DNA of 64,000 nt from Methanobacteriota archaeon (GTDB lineage Archaea; Thermoplasmatota; Thermoplasmata; SG8-5; DAIRED01): assembly GCA_043799545.1 (NCBI GenBank), contig JAZDNO010000030.1, forward strand, positions 24,101 to 88,100, read 5' to 3'. The first letter of the stretch is position 1. The number at the start of each line of letters is the position of its first letter. The position numbers and the translations under genes are program-made. The notes beneath the pieces were generated by a model, which made no database searches, was not told the DNA's origin, and was given only the letters and a program-made list of their open reading frames with translations. Of this stretch, positions 38,078 to 52,517 are shown piece by piece.

Positions 38078-38578
38078 TTATTTCATTTCCGCCATGAGCG
38101 CCTTTGCCTTCTCCGGGCTGAGGTTTATCGCCTTGAGCAGGTACTCTATCGACTTCTTGTGAATCATGGCCATCGTCTTGTCGTCGAGGAACTTCTCGTA
38201 AACCACAGGCGCCTTCATGTAATATCCGATTGCGAACTCCGAGAGGTACAGGGGGGCGCTCTCCTCGTCCAGCTCCGTCGCCTTGTTGTACGATGCCTCC
38301 GCGTCCTGGAACTTGCCGACGTCTAGGCAGAAGTTACCGTAGCTCGTCAGGTAGAAGACGTTCTTCGGGTCGAGCTCGATTGCCTTCTTGTACCATTCGA
38401 TGATGTGGTCGACGCTGACCTTCGGCTCGCCCAGGGCGGACTCGGCCTTCCCGAAGTAGCCCCGAGGGTCTCCTGGCGCGGCCTTGATGACCTTCTCGTA
38501 GGCCGACATGGCCTTCTTCGTCTCGCCCGCTCCGAGCAACATTTCCGCTTCCTGCAAGGTGTCGTCGATTCCCGCCAT
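38078..38578 (-). CDS. Tetratricopeptide repeat protein
   Basis: YEKVIKAAP, YKKAIELDP, YNKATELDE TPR pattern. Confidence 0.85.
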   Translation of the reverse strand: MAGIDDTLQEAEMLLGAGETKKAMSAYEKVIKAAPGDPRGYFGKAESALGEPKVSVDHIIEWYKKAIELDPKNVFYLTSYGNFCLDVGKFQDAEASYNKATELDEESAPLYLSEFAIGYYMKAPVVYEKFLDDKTMAMIHKKSIEYLLKAINLSPEKAKALMAEMK

Positions 38579-38673
38579 TTGAACCCCTCAACACAAGTAT
38601 CGTCGGAGGCTTCTTAAGGCTTTTGCTGGACGGAAGGAAAAAGGATAAATAAGCATATACTGACGGAGGGTCG

Positions 38674-41385
38674 CTATTGGCGCTTTTTGCGGAAAATGAA
38701 GGAGGCGATTGTCACTCCCACGGCAATAACACCGATGACGCCCAGGATAACTGGAATGTTAGTCTCAAACGAGCAACAAGGTGCCGAAACATCAGCGGAG
38801 CCGTTCAATAATAGAATCACCACAGAGCAATCACCTGAATCAGCAAAGCTTGGATGTCTTACTGATATTTCAATTCTGATATCCTCACTCTCGACGACTT
38901 TATTCGGAGCCGTCAAAGTCAGAATGGTTTTGCCATCGATGTCTGTCGTTGTGTTCCCATCTATAGCGATACCCTCATCGGATGTTTGCGCCTCGATGGT
39001 CGCACCAGCGATAGGCAAACCATCCTGGTCTCGCACGGTCACGGTCATGGGCGCGGTATCACCAGGGTCGAGGACATCGGGCTCGACAACGGCTCGCACC
39101 CTGAGGAATTTCGTGTCATCCGGTTTGACCGTGACGATGACAACTTTCGATGGAGCGGGGTTATAATTCATATCGCCAGTTATTTTTGTCGCTCCTAGCA
39201 AGCATATATCCACCTTCATGTCGCTAGTCGCGTTCGCTGCTACATGGGGCGCAGTCCATGATGTCACAACTTTGCCATTCGAAAGCGTTGTAGAGTTGTA
39301 TGTCCTCAATCCATTAGCGAATGTGCCATCGGTACAAGCGAGCTCGACGCGAGCACCCTCGATGATGGTTCCCCACTGGTCGGTTACTGAGACACTTATT
39401 TCTGAAATACCCTCAGACAGGACTGGAGATTCCACGGATAGGGATGCCCGCAAGCCTGGACAGGTATGCGGATATATCCCGATTAGCGACCTCCAAGAGA
39501 ATATCGAGCCAGATGGTCCGACGCTCCAGTTTAGAAACCTATCCGAGTTGTATGCCTCGATGCTGGTCTTAGAATAGAGGGCGCTTATTGGCTGGTCGTA
39601 TACGATGGATGCTTGGCAGTCCTTTATGGCTTTCTGGCGTTCTTGGATTTTCGGGGCGGAGCGCGCTTTTTCGATCAACGAGTCGCAGCTGCTGTTTTGA
39701 TATCCGGCATAATTTAATCGGGTTCCCGCCATCGAAGAATGGAACATATCGTGCAGATAGGTTGGTGGTTCCGTTTCGAAAACATTGCTCGTAATTGCCA
39801 TCTCGAAGCTCGACGATTGTATTCTGTCGACGACAGCAGAGAAGTCGATGGGATTGGACTCAGCATTGATACCAATTTGCTGCAATGATGTTGATATCAT
39901 AATTCCAGCTTGTGCCAATATGGGGTCATAGTCCGCTGGAGGTGTCAAGATTCCAATGCGACCATCGTCTCCCGATCCGATAGGCGTCCCATCCGGATTC
40001 TTCCACCAATTTCCCTTGCCAGCTGGCTTAGTGGGGTCGGTAAGTTTGTAACCCGCATCTGCAAGGATGCGAACCGCCTCGTCTGGACCGTATCCGAACT
40101 GTGGCAGGGAGTTGTTGTACCATGCTGTGTCGATAGGGCTGACTGGTCCGTCCGCGGCTATCCCGAAGCCTTGGAGCAATCGTTCGACAATCACTTTTTT
40201 ATTGATACATTGCGTAACAGCTTCCCGCAGCGGCTTACCATAATCGCCTTGCAGCGGATCGTTGTCTGGGTATCCGAACGATTTCTTCCTCATGTTGAAA
40301 GCGAGGTACGTGAACCCTCTTTCGCTCGCCTGGGTTAGACAGATGTCTTCGTTATTGATGAGGTCTGGCACATATGTTGGCGGCAGCGACCAATGAAGGT
40401 AGTCCAAGTTATCGTACCATCGACCAGCCAGGTATCCCGTGCTTCCCATATTCTTGAAATAGACTCCATCTATGGAGGTGCGGAGTTTGGAAAAATGCTC
40501 GCGCCAAGTGGATATCTTGAAATCCACACCTGGGGTCCTATTCTCGAATTTGAACGCCCCCGAGCCGACAGATGTCGGATTCTCATAAACGAATGCCTTC
40601 GATTTGTTCCACGCATTGGCATCGCCGGGTGGGAGCATAGGGTCGGTAGAATCGGTCAGCTGGCCGCTGACCTTTGTGCCCCATATGTGCTTGGGTAAAA
40701 TCATTGGAGACAGTGTTTCATTGACGAAATTATAGAATGGTACCTGGATGTAGAATCGGAGCGAAGTATCGGAAAGCTTCTTGATGCCAAGCCAATGCGT
40801 CGCGGTATAGTTGCTCGTTCCATTTCCGCCATCGTCTTTCAGGCACAGCATAAAGGACGACCATTTCGCCACCTGCGCTGCAACGCCGTAGGAAAAGAGC
40901 ATGTCGTCAATGTCCATCTGGTGCCCGTCGTGGAACTTGACTCCGGTGAATTTGTAATGAACCGTCATCTGCCCTGCGATAGCGAGCGGTTCCCAATCGC
41001 TTTTATTATCCTGGTTGAATAGCGAATCTGACGTACAGTTCGCGGAGCTCACAGCGATGTAGGGAACAGGCTCCCCGGAAATGACATCCCGGTAGACTGG
41101 CGAATCGTATAACCATCGAATCGCATCCCAAGTCCAGATGTCGTTGGCTGCGATTGGATTCAGGGTTTTGACATCTTCGAGCATGCCGACCCGAAGGTAA
41201 ATTGGAACATCCCCAATTTGAGCCGCGCCGGGGGAAAATGCGAGGGGGCTGGACAGAAACATCACCGCAACGGCCAGCGCCATCACTGCCTTTTTCCTGG
41301 AACCCTTCATGTCCGGTGAATGGGCTTCAGGATATTTAAACAGATTTGTAAAGCGTTTTGTGAAGCCACTCAGCTCGCCCATCAT
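38674..41385 (-). CDS. Family 5 ABC substrate-binding protein with C-terminal Ig-like domains and TM anchor
   Basis: VKTLNP, FHDGHQMDIDD, VGSGAF, YLAFNMR, invasin-like VTDQ/VRDQDG segments, C-terminal TM plus RKKRQ. Confidence 0.85.
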   Translation of the reverse strand: MMGELSGFTKRFTNLFKYPEAHSPDMKGSRKKAVMALAVAVMFLSSPLAFSPGAAQIGDVPIYLRVGMLEDVKTLNPIAANDIWTWDAIRWLYDSPVYRDVISGEPVPYIAVSSANCTSDSLFNQDNKSDWEPLAIAGQMTVHYKFTGVKFHDGHQMDIDDMLFSYGVAAQVAKWSSFMLCLKDDGGNGTSNYTATHWLGIKKLSDTSLRFYIQVPFYNFVNETLSPMILPKHIWGTKVSGQLTDSTDPMLPPGDANAWNKSKAFVYENPTSVGSGAFKFENRTPGVDFKISTWREHFSKLRTSIDGVYFKNMGSTGYLAGRWYDNLDYLHWSLPPTYVPDLINNEDICLTQASERGFTYLAFNMRKKSFGYPDNDPLQGDYGKPLREAVTQCINKKVIVERLLQGFGIAADGPVSPIDTAWYNNSLPQFGYGPDEAVRILADAGYKLTDPTKPAGKGNWWKNPDGTPIGSGDDGRIGILTPPADYDPILAQAGIMISTSLQQIGINAESNPIDFSAVVDRIQSSSFEMAITSNVFETEPPTYLHDMFHSSMAGTRLNYAGYQNSSCDSLIEKARSAPKIQERQKAIKDCQASIVYDQPISALYSKTSIEAYNSDRFLNWSVGPSGSIFSWRSLIGIYPHTCPGLRASLSVESPVLSEGISEISVSVTDQWGTIIEGARVELACTDGTFANGLRTYNSTTLSNGKVVTSWTAPHVAANATSDMKVDICLLGATKITGDMNYNPAPSKVVIVTVKPDDTKFLRVRAVVEPDVLDPGDTAPMTVTVRDQDGLPIAGATIEAQTSDEGIAIDGNTTTDIDGKTILTLTAPNKVVESEDIRIEISVRHPSFADSGDCSVVILLLNGSADVSAPCCSFETNIPVILGVIGVIAVGVTIASFIFRKKRQ

Positions 41386-41524
41386 TCATCACTTTATCAG
41401 AATGTCAGTGCTCATCATCGTGGCGCTCGCAGATTGCCTTTCGCGGAGATAATGTTTTCGACGTTTATGGTACGGTTCTTGCGACACGCATAAAGATTTC
41501 TATCCGCGAGCCGATGGGGTCCCC

Positions 41525-42046
41525 ATGCGCCTCTACGTCGTCGAAGGCAACCAGTGCGACCCGAAGAAGTGCACGGGCGCGAGATTAATCCGCTTCGGAT
41601 ACGCCCAGCCGCTGCGAGCCCCCAAGGCGCTCCCGCGCGGCTCGGTCGTTCTAACGCCAGTCGCCGAAATTGCGCTGTCTCCAGCGGATGCCGCTGCAGC
41701 CTCAAAGCGCGGTCTCGCGGTCCTGGACTTCTCATGGAACAAGACGGAAGACGACTTCCCCGAGATTCCGAGAGACTGCTCCGGGCGCGCCCTGCCGTTC
41801 CTCGTCGCCGCCAATCCGACGAACTACGGAAAGCCGTTCAAGCTGTCGAGCGCGGAGGCGCTGGCATCCGCATTGTCGATATTGGGCGAATCGCAAAAAG
41901 CCGAAGAGCTGATGACGAAGTTCAAGTGGGGGCTGTCGTTCCTGGCGCTGAACCGCGAGAGGCTCGAAGCCTATGCAAAATGCAAGGACTCGACCGAGGT
42001 GGTAGAGGCACAGCGGAAAATCGTCGAGGCGATGGGCGGGGCATAA
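41525..42046 (+). CDS. tsr3: 16S rRNA aminocarboxypropyltransferase Tsr3 (DUF367)
   Basis: QCDPKKCTG, LDFSW, RALPFLVAANPTNYG, LSSAEALA, FKWG. Confidence 0.95.
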   Translation: MRLYVVEGNQCDPKKCTGARLIRFGYAQPLRAPKALPRGSVVLTPVAEIALSPADAAAASKRGLAVLDFSWNKTEDDFPEIPRDCSGRALPFLVAANPTNYGKPFKLSSAEALASALSILGESQKAEELMTKFKWGLSFLALNRERLEAYAKCKDSTEVVEAQRKIVEAMGGA

Positions 42047-42068
42047 AGATGAGAACCACCAACCTGCA

Positions 42069-42182
42069 GCCTGGCCAGCAGGCCAGGTAAGGTCGAGCGA
42101 GCAGGCGAGGGCGAGCCTTTTGGGATACCATACACCTTTTCCGCGAGCCCGAGCCAGCGCAGCGAGACTGGAAAAGGGGTTG
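42069..42182 (-). repeat. Dispersed structured repeat, copy C
   Basis: Starts at the trm112 TAA; CAACCCCTTTTCCAGTCTCGCTGCGCTGGCTCGGGCTCGCGGAAAAGGTGTATGGTATCCCAAAAG...TCGACC plus hairpin CCTGGCC-TGCT-GGCCAGG. Confidence 0.85.
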
Positions 42183-42365
42183 TTACTTATGCATCTCAGG
42201 CGGAAGCAGGTTCGGTATGCTGTCCTCTATCGGATAATCGAATTTGCACTTCTCACAATACAGGCCACCCTCTATGATTTCCTTCGCGTCCTCTTTCTTT
42301 ACGGTCAGCTTGAGGTCTCCTTTGCAGACGGGGCAGCAGAGGATGTCCATCAGGGAGCGCTTCAC
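42183..42365 (-). CDS. trm112: Trm112-family methyltransferase activator
   Basis: LMDILCCPVCKGDL...CEKC...YPIEDSIPNLLP. Confidence 0.92.
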   Translation of the reverse strand: MKRSLMDILCCPVCKGDLKLTVKKEDAKEIIEGGLYCEKCKFDYPIEDSIPNLLPPEMHK

Positions 42366-42369
42366 AAGC

Positions 42370-42759
42370 TCACTTCCTCATCTTGTGGACTTCCATCTGG
42401 TCCCAGTCCACCTGGTGCTTGAAGCCCTTCTGGTTGAGGTAGCTGGACAGGGATTCGGCCACCTTCACAACGTCGTTCGTCTTGGAGGCGTTGTAGTGCT
42501 TGTAGACGTAGAACTCGACCCCCTTGTCCAATATCGGGAATATCATGCGCATCTTGCCCTGGCGGTTGAACCCCTCGGGCTTGCGGTTCCGCTCCAGGTC
42601 GAGCATGTTCTCGAACACGAGCATGTCCAGGACTTCCTCGTCCTCGGGCATCTGGCCGCTCTTGTCGAGGAAACGGGTGTACATCTCCTTGAATATCGGA
42701 GCCAGGTCCTTGTATTTCACGTTCCTCTCGAATTTGATATGGGCGCTTCGTACTTTCAT
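42370..42759 (-). CDS. Conserved hypothetical protein (129 aa)
   Basis: Clean ORF with host codon bias inside the rnz-trm112 operon. Confidence 0.8.
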   Translation of the reverse strand: MKVRSAHIKFERNVKYKDLAPIFKEMYTRFLDKSGQMPEDEEVLDMLVFENMLDLERNRKPEGFNRQGKMRMIFPILDKGVEFYVYKHYNASKTNDVVKVAESLSSYLNQKGFKHQVDWDQMEVHKMRK

Positions 42760-42807
42760 GTTAGCACTAGTCCTAAATGAGGCGGCTCATTATATAAAGT
42801 TTGGCCG

Positions 42808-43722
42808 TCATTCCGCGGGCAGGGAAACCTCGACCTCGTCCAGGTCCTTCGGCAGGATGCAATTCGGGTGGACGGCCTTCGCCTCCTCCAGGAGCGGAGA
42901 GGCGTCATCGTATCGCGGGCTGACGTGGACGAGGGCCAGCATCTTCGCCCCGGCCTTCGATGCCAATGCGGCCGCCTGCCGAGCGGAGGCGTGGCCGTAC
43001 GTGTTGGCCTTGTCCTCGTTGTCTGCGGCTGCTGTTGCGTCATGTATCAGCAAGTCGCAACCGCCAGCAAGCGCCTCCACGGAATCGCACGGCTTGGTGT
43101 CTCCGGAAAAGACGAGCTTCCGGCCCTTGCGCGGGGAGCCGAGCACCATCGAAGGCTCCACCACCTTCCCGTCCGCAAGAGTGACGCTCTCGCCGGACTG
43201 GAGCTTGCTGAACATCGGCCCCTCCGGGATTCCCAGCTCCAGGGCTTTGGTCTTGTTGAATTTACCAGGCCGCTGCGACTCCTCGATGGCGTACGAATAG
43301 CAGGGCACTGTGTGGTCTCCCAGGGCGCAGGAGACAGAGTAGCGCTCGAAGGTCACGCGCTCTCCAGGCTCAAGCTCCTCGACGCACACTTCGAACGTCG
43401 GTTTGAAATACCCCAGCCCCAGCAGGGACTTCATTAGCTCCACGACGCCTGTCGGGCCGTATATCTCCAGCGGCTCCTTCCGGTCGTTCAGCGCCATGCT
43501 CTGGATGAGCCCAGGCAGGCCGAGGAAGTGGTCGCCGTGGAAGTGCGTGACGAAAACCTTGGAAATCTTCATGAAAGACACTGAGGTGCGCATGAGCTGG
43601 CGCTGCGTGCCCTCGCCGCAATCCAGCAGTACGACTTCGGGGCCGATGCGGACCGCAATCGATGTGACGTTCCTTTCCGGGGAAGGCCACGAACCTCCCG
43701 TGCCCGCGAACACGACGTGCAT
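42808..43722 (-). CDS. rnz: Ribonuclease Z
   Basis: LDCGEGTQRQ, THFHGDH, SGDT, HVSPRY; alternative GTG start at 43740. Confidence 0.95.
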   Translation of the reverse strand: MHVVFAGTGGSWPSPERNVTSIAVRIGPEVVLLDCGEGTQRQLMRTSVSFMKISKVFVTHFHGDHFLGLPGLIQSMALNDRKEPLEIYGPTGVVELMKSLLGLGYFKPTFEVCVEELEPGERVTFERYSVSCALGDHTVPCYSYAIEESQRPGKFNKTKALELGIPEGPMFSKLQSGESVTLADGKVVEPSMVLGSPRKGRKLVFSGDTKPCDSVEALAGGCDLLIHDATAAADNEDKANTYGHASARQAAALASKAGAKMLALVHVSPRYDDASPLLEEAKAVHPNCILPKDLDEVEVSLPAE

Positions 43723-43834
43723 AGCGACCCGTATCCGCACATGCTAATATTATTTGTGCGTCGTTTGCCAGCAAAGCTGGGGGGCGAGGGCGGTTTAGGT
43801 TACCTTTAAATCCATCACCGCCATCCATCCGACG

Positions 43835-46021
43835 ATGGCAAAGATATTCATCGGCGTCGCCTGGCCGTACGCGAACGGGCCGGTCCACGTCGGCCACATA
43901 GCCGGGTGCAACCTTCCGCCCGATATATTCGCGCGGTACCACCGAATGGCCGGAGACGAAGTTCTGATGGTCTCCGGCAGCGACATGCACGGCACGCCGG
44001 TCACGGTCAAGGCCGAGCAGGAGGGGATACCCCCGGCAGAGCTTGCGCAGCGCTATCACGAAATGAACGCAGCGGCATTCGCGAATTTCGGCATCGTCTT
44101 CGACCTCTTCCTGACCACGGAAGACCCGACGCATAAATCTGAGGTCCAGAAGTTCTTCCTCAAGCTGCTGGAGCGGGGCTACCTTTACGAAAAGGAGATG
44201 GAGCTGCCCTACTGCCCGAAATGCGCGCGCACCCTACCGGATCGCTACGTCGAGGGCACATGCCCCTTCTGCAGCTACGACAAGGCGAGAGGCGACCAGT
44301 GCCCCGAATGCGGCAAGCTCCTCGACCCCGAGACGCTGAAGATGGCGCACTGCAAGACCTGCGGCACGACACCTGAGCCAGTAGTTAGAAAGCACTTCTT
44401 CTTCAAGCTGAGCGCGCTCGAAAAGCCGCTGCTCGAATGGCTGTCGGACAAGAATTACTGGCGGCCGCACGTGACGAGCTTCGCCCGCAACTTCATCGAG
44501 AGCGGCCTCAAGGACCGTCCGGTCACGCGAGACACAGAATGGGGCATCGAAATTCCCGTGCCAGGGTACGAAGACAAGCGCATCTACGTCTGGTTCGAGG
44601 CGTTCATGGGGTACTACACAATGGCGGTGGAGTGGGCGAGGCGCCAGGGGAGGCCGGAGGCGTGGCGCGAGTTCTGGCAGAACCCGGAATGCAGGCATTA
44701 CTACTTCCTGGGAAAGGACAACGTCCCCTTCCACGCGATATTCTGGCCCGCGGTTCTGATGGCGCACGGCGGCCTGAACCTGCCTTACGACGTTCCAGCC
44801 AACGCATTCCTGAGGATGGACGGAGAGCAGTTTTCCAAGTCCAGGGGCGTAACCCTGAACGCCGCGGACCTGCTGGAAAAGTACGGCCCGGATTCGCTGC
44901 GCTACTACATATCCGCGATAATGCCAGAGAGCCGCGACGCGGAATTCTCGTGGGAGGAGTTCGTCGCGAAGACCAACAACGAGCTCGTGGCGACGCTGGG
45001 CAACTTCGTCCACAGGACGCTCACGTTCACGGAGAAGAACTACGGCGCGATACCGGAGATGGGGACGCTCGCGGAGGCGGACAAGGCCGCGCTGGCCACG
45101 ATTGAGCGCGCGCAGGCGGAGGTCGCCCGCTGCATTTCCTTATGCGAGTTCAAGAACGGCCTCAAGGCCGCTATGGACCTTGCCCGCGAGGGGAACAGGT
45201 ACTTCGATTCGGTCGAGCCGTGGGCGCTCGTCAAAGCCGACAGGGCGAGGTGCGGGGCGGTCCTGCACGTGTGCCTGAAGTTCGCCAAAGCGCTCGCAGT
45301 GCTCACGATGCCGTACATCCCCCACGGCGCTGCGAGGATATGGAACGCGATCGGCTGCGAGGGCGAACCGACGAGCTGGGCTCAGGCAATCGAACCGCTG
45401 GAGGCGGGGAAACCCCTGAGGAAGCCCGATGTGATATTCAGGAAGCTGGAGGCCGAGAAGAAAGAGGAAGCCTCGCCCTTGGCAATGCTGGACATACGGG
45501 CCGGGAGGATAAAGTCCGCCGCAGACCACCCCAACGCGGAGAAGCTGGTGGTGCTGAACCTGGATGTCGGCGAGGAGCGCCAGATAGTGGCCGGCATAAA
45601 GCAGCACTACTCAATCGAACAGCTCGCCGGAAAAAACATCCTCGTCGTATGCAACCTACAGCCGGCAAAGCTGAGGGGCGTGGAATCGAACGGGATGCTG
45701 CTGGCGGCGGACGACAACGGCGTCGTCAGCCTGCTCGCTCCTCCGGAAAGCGCCGCGCCTGGGGAGCGGCTCGACGGCTGCGCCCCGGCCGCACAGATTG
45801 ATTTCAAGAGGTTCCAGAGCGTCGTGTTCATCGCTGGCAAGTTCTCGCAGGGCAAGATGGACATAGGCCGGCCGGTGGCCACGGACGCGAAGGGATTGCC
45901 CGATGGTGTCGTCGTCCCGTGCGTCGTGTCCGCGGACATGAAGTGCGCGGACCCGCTGGCGATAGGCGGAAAGCACGCTGCTTTCGACAAGCCTGTCAAC
46001 CAGGGGGCGAAAATCCGATGA
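43835..46021 (+). CDS. metG: Methionyl-tRNA synthetase with C-terminal tRNA-binding domain
   Basis: PYANGPVHVGH (HIGH), Zn knuckles, FSKSRG (KMSKS), GVESNGML. Confidence 0.98.
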   Translation: MAKIFIGVAWPYANGPVHVGHIAGCNLPPDIFARYHRMAGDEVLMVSGSDMHGTPVTVKAEQEGIPPAELAQRYHEMNAAAFANFGIVFDLFLTTEDPTHKSEVQKFFLKLLERGYLYEKEMELPYCPKCARTLPDRYVEGTCPFCSYDKARGDQCPECGKLLDPETLKMAHCKTCGTTPEPVVRKHFFFKLSALEKPLLEWLSDKNYWRPHVTSFARNFIESGLKDRPVTRDTEWGIEIPVPGYEDKRIYVWFEAFMGYYTMAVEWARRQGRPEAWREFWQNPECRHYYFLGKDNVPFHAIFWPAVLMAHGGLNLPYDVPANAFLRMDGEQFSKSRGVTLNAADLLEKYGPDSLRYYISAIMPESRDAEFSWEEFVAKTNNELVATLGNFVHRTLTFTEKNYGAIPEMGTLAEADKAALATIERAQAEVARCISLCEFKNGLKAAMDLAREGNRYFDSVEPWALVKADRARCGAVLHVCLKFAKALAVLTMPYIPHGAARIWNAIGCEGEPTSWAQAIEPLEAGKPLRKPDVIFRKLEAEKKEEASPLAMLDIRAGRIKSAADHPNAEKLVVLNLDVGEERQIVAGIKQHYSIEQLAGKNILVVCNLQPAKLRGVESNGMLLAADDNGVVSLLAPPESAAPGERLDGCAPAAQIDFKRFQSVVFIAGKFSQGKMDIGRPVATDAKGLPDGVVVPCVVSADMKCADPLAIGGKHAAFDKPVNQGAKIR

Positions 46022-46686
46022 GGCTCGACCTCCACGTCCACTCGTTACATTCCAGCGACGGCTCCGCGACGCCGAGCGAGATAATCCGGCAGGCGAGGAA
46101 ATACGGGCTCAACGGCGTCGCGATAACCGACCACAACTCCCTCGATGGGGCAAACCAGGCGAGGTCTGAGGCTGCGGAGATGAAGGACTTCGTCGTCGTC
46201 CGAGGCATGGAGGTCTCCGCGAAGGAGGGGCACGTCCTCGTCTACGGCACAGACGAGACTATGTCAAAGGGCCTGGCTGCGGCGGAAGTGGTCGAGCGGG
46301 CGCGGGAGCTTGGCGGAATAGCGGTCGCGGCGCATCCGTTCCGCTTCTGGACAGGCGTCGGTGAAAAGGTCGTGAGAAATGTCGCTTTCACGGCAGTCGA
46401 AGGTTTGAACAGCCGTTCGCACAAGGCGGCCAACGCGCGCGCTAGGGAGATTGCCCTGGAGCTGCAAAAGCCAGCAATAGGCGGAAGCGACGCGCACGAC
46501 CTGGGAATGGTCGGAGTGGGAGTCACGGTTTTCGAGTCCGCAGCAGAGAGCGAGGCGCAAGCCATCGAGTTGATTTCAAAAGGCCAGTGCCACCCAGAAG
46601 GGATGAGCGCGTCTCCGGCGATGGGCATCAGGACGGCGTTTGGCAATCTGACAAGCGGCTTTCATCGCGGCGTCAAAAAGATATAG
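46018..46686 (+). CDS. PHP-domain metallohydrolase
   Basis: DLHVHSLHSSDG, ITDHN, AHP, GGSDAH; ATGA overlap with metG. Confidence 0.9.
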   Translation: MRLDLHVHSLHSSDGSATPSEIIRQARKYGLNGVAITDHNSLDGANQARSEAAEMKDFVVVRGMEVSAKEGHVLVYGTDETMSKGLAAAEVVERARELGGIAVAAHPFRFWTGVGEKVVRNVAFTAVEGLNSRSHKAANARAREIALELQKPAIGGSDAHDLGMVGVGVTVFESAAESEAQAIELISKGQCHPEGMSASPAMGIRTAFGNLTSGFHRGVKKI

Positions 46687-46688
46687 GA

Positions 46689-47048
46689 TCAGAGAAACTC
46701 TTCCATCTTCTGCACTTGTTGCCTGATATCCGCAAGTATTTTCTCGGAATCGGTCTCGGGGTTCAGCTTCAGAACGAGTAATGCTCTCGCGCTTATCGTG
46801 GCTATTACGATTGTGGACCTGTCCAACTCGATGTTGACGTGCTTCAGCTTCTCCTTCAGTTCGGACGTGGCCGTTTCCGCCGCACCGAGAAGTATGGCCG
46901 ACATCGCGACGAAGGTCTCCGTGTGCGCCCCTTTCGGCACGTCTCCTGCTATGTGCATGCCGCTTCTGGATACAAGCAGCGCGTCAGAAACGCCATCGAC
47001 TTTTTCGATGCCCACCAGAATCTCTTCCAGATTTTCAACGTTGGTCAT
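46689..47048 (-). CDS. Roadblock/LC7 domain protein
   Basis: LLVSRSGM...FVAMSAILLGAAETATSEL. Confidence 0.85.
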   Translation of the reverse strand: MTNVENLEEILVGIEKVDGVSDALLVSRSGMHIAGDVPKGAHTETFVAMSAILLGAAETATSELKEKLKHVNIELDRSTIVIATISARALLVLKLNPETDSEKILADIRQQVQKMEEFL

Positions 47049-47205
47049 TCAATGCCACGAGCCCTTCTATTGTAAGCGTTGTAACACAAATCATGTTCAT
47101 AAACCTTTTGATATGATTATCTGCGATTTTTCGGGCTAGTTTGGCGCCGGCACGATATAATATATATTTTCTGCGATTCCCTTATATAGTTAATATACTT
47201 TATAG

Positions 47206-51871
<4,666 letters not shown>

Positions 51872-51890
51872 ACGCTTCCCGGTTCCACAC

Positions 51891-52517
51891 ATGGCCGAGA
51901 GAAAGAGGTTGAAGGCCCCGAGGCTTGAGACGGCGCGGCTCGTCCTGCGGCCGATAACAAGGCGGGACATCCCTTTCCTCCTCAAGCTGTTCGGGAGGCC
52001 GGAAACCCTGCGCTACGTCCGGGACGAACCTCTAGAGACGCTGGCCCAGGCCCAAGCGTTGTACGACGAGGGGATGCGCCCGGTGCCGACGCGCTTCAGG
52101 CTAGTCGCAACCCTGAGAGAGACCGGGGAGCCGATAGGAACCCTTGGTATGTTCCTCTACGACGCCGAGAACGGCTCGGCCCATATCGGGTACGACCTCC
52201 TCAAGGAGCACTGGGGGAACAGATACATGACGGAAGCGGTGCGAGCCTTGCTGGAATGGGGCGTGACGGCAGGAGGCATCAACCGAATCCAGGGGAACGC
52301 CGACCTGCGCAACTCGGCTTCGCTGCGCGTGATGGAGCGCATCGGGATGAGGCGCGAGCTGGTGATGCGCCAGGTCACGTTTTTCAAAGGCGCATTTCGG
52401 GACATTGTTTTCTACTCTTACCTGAAGGAAGACATGGCGCGGGAGAACGCCGCAAAGAAATCGCATGGGACGGGCAAAGAGGATCGGCCTGGCGCACGCG
52501 GGAGGCGCCGCCCATGA
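51891..52517 (+). CDS. RimJ/RimL family GNAT acetyltransferase
   Basis: ETARLVLRP, HWGNRYMTEA, NSASLRVMERIG. Confidence 0.9.
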   Translation: MAERKRLKAPRLETARLVLRPITRRDIPFLLKLFGRPETLRYVRDEPLETLAQAQALYDEGMRPVPTRFRLVATLRETGEPIGTLGMFLYDAENGSAHIGYDLLKEHWGNRYMTEAVRALLEWGVTAGGINRIQGNADLRNSASLRVMERIGMRRELVMRQVTFFKGAFRDIVFYSYLKEDMARENAAKKSHGTGKEDRPGARGRRRP

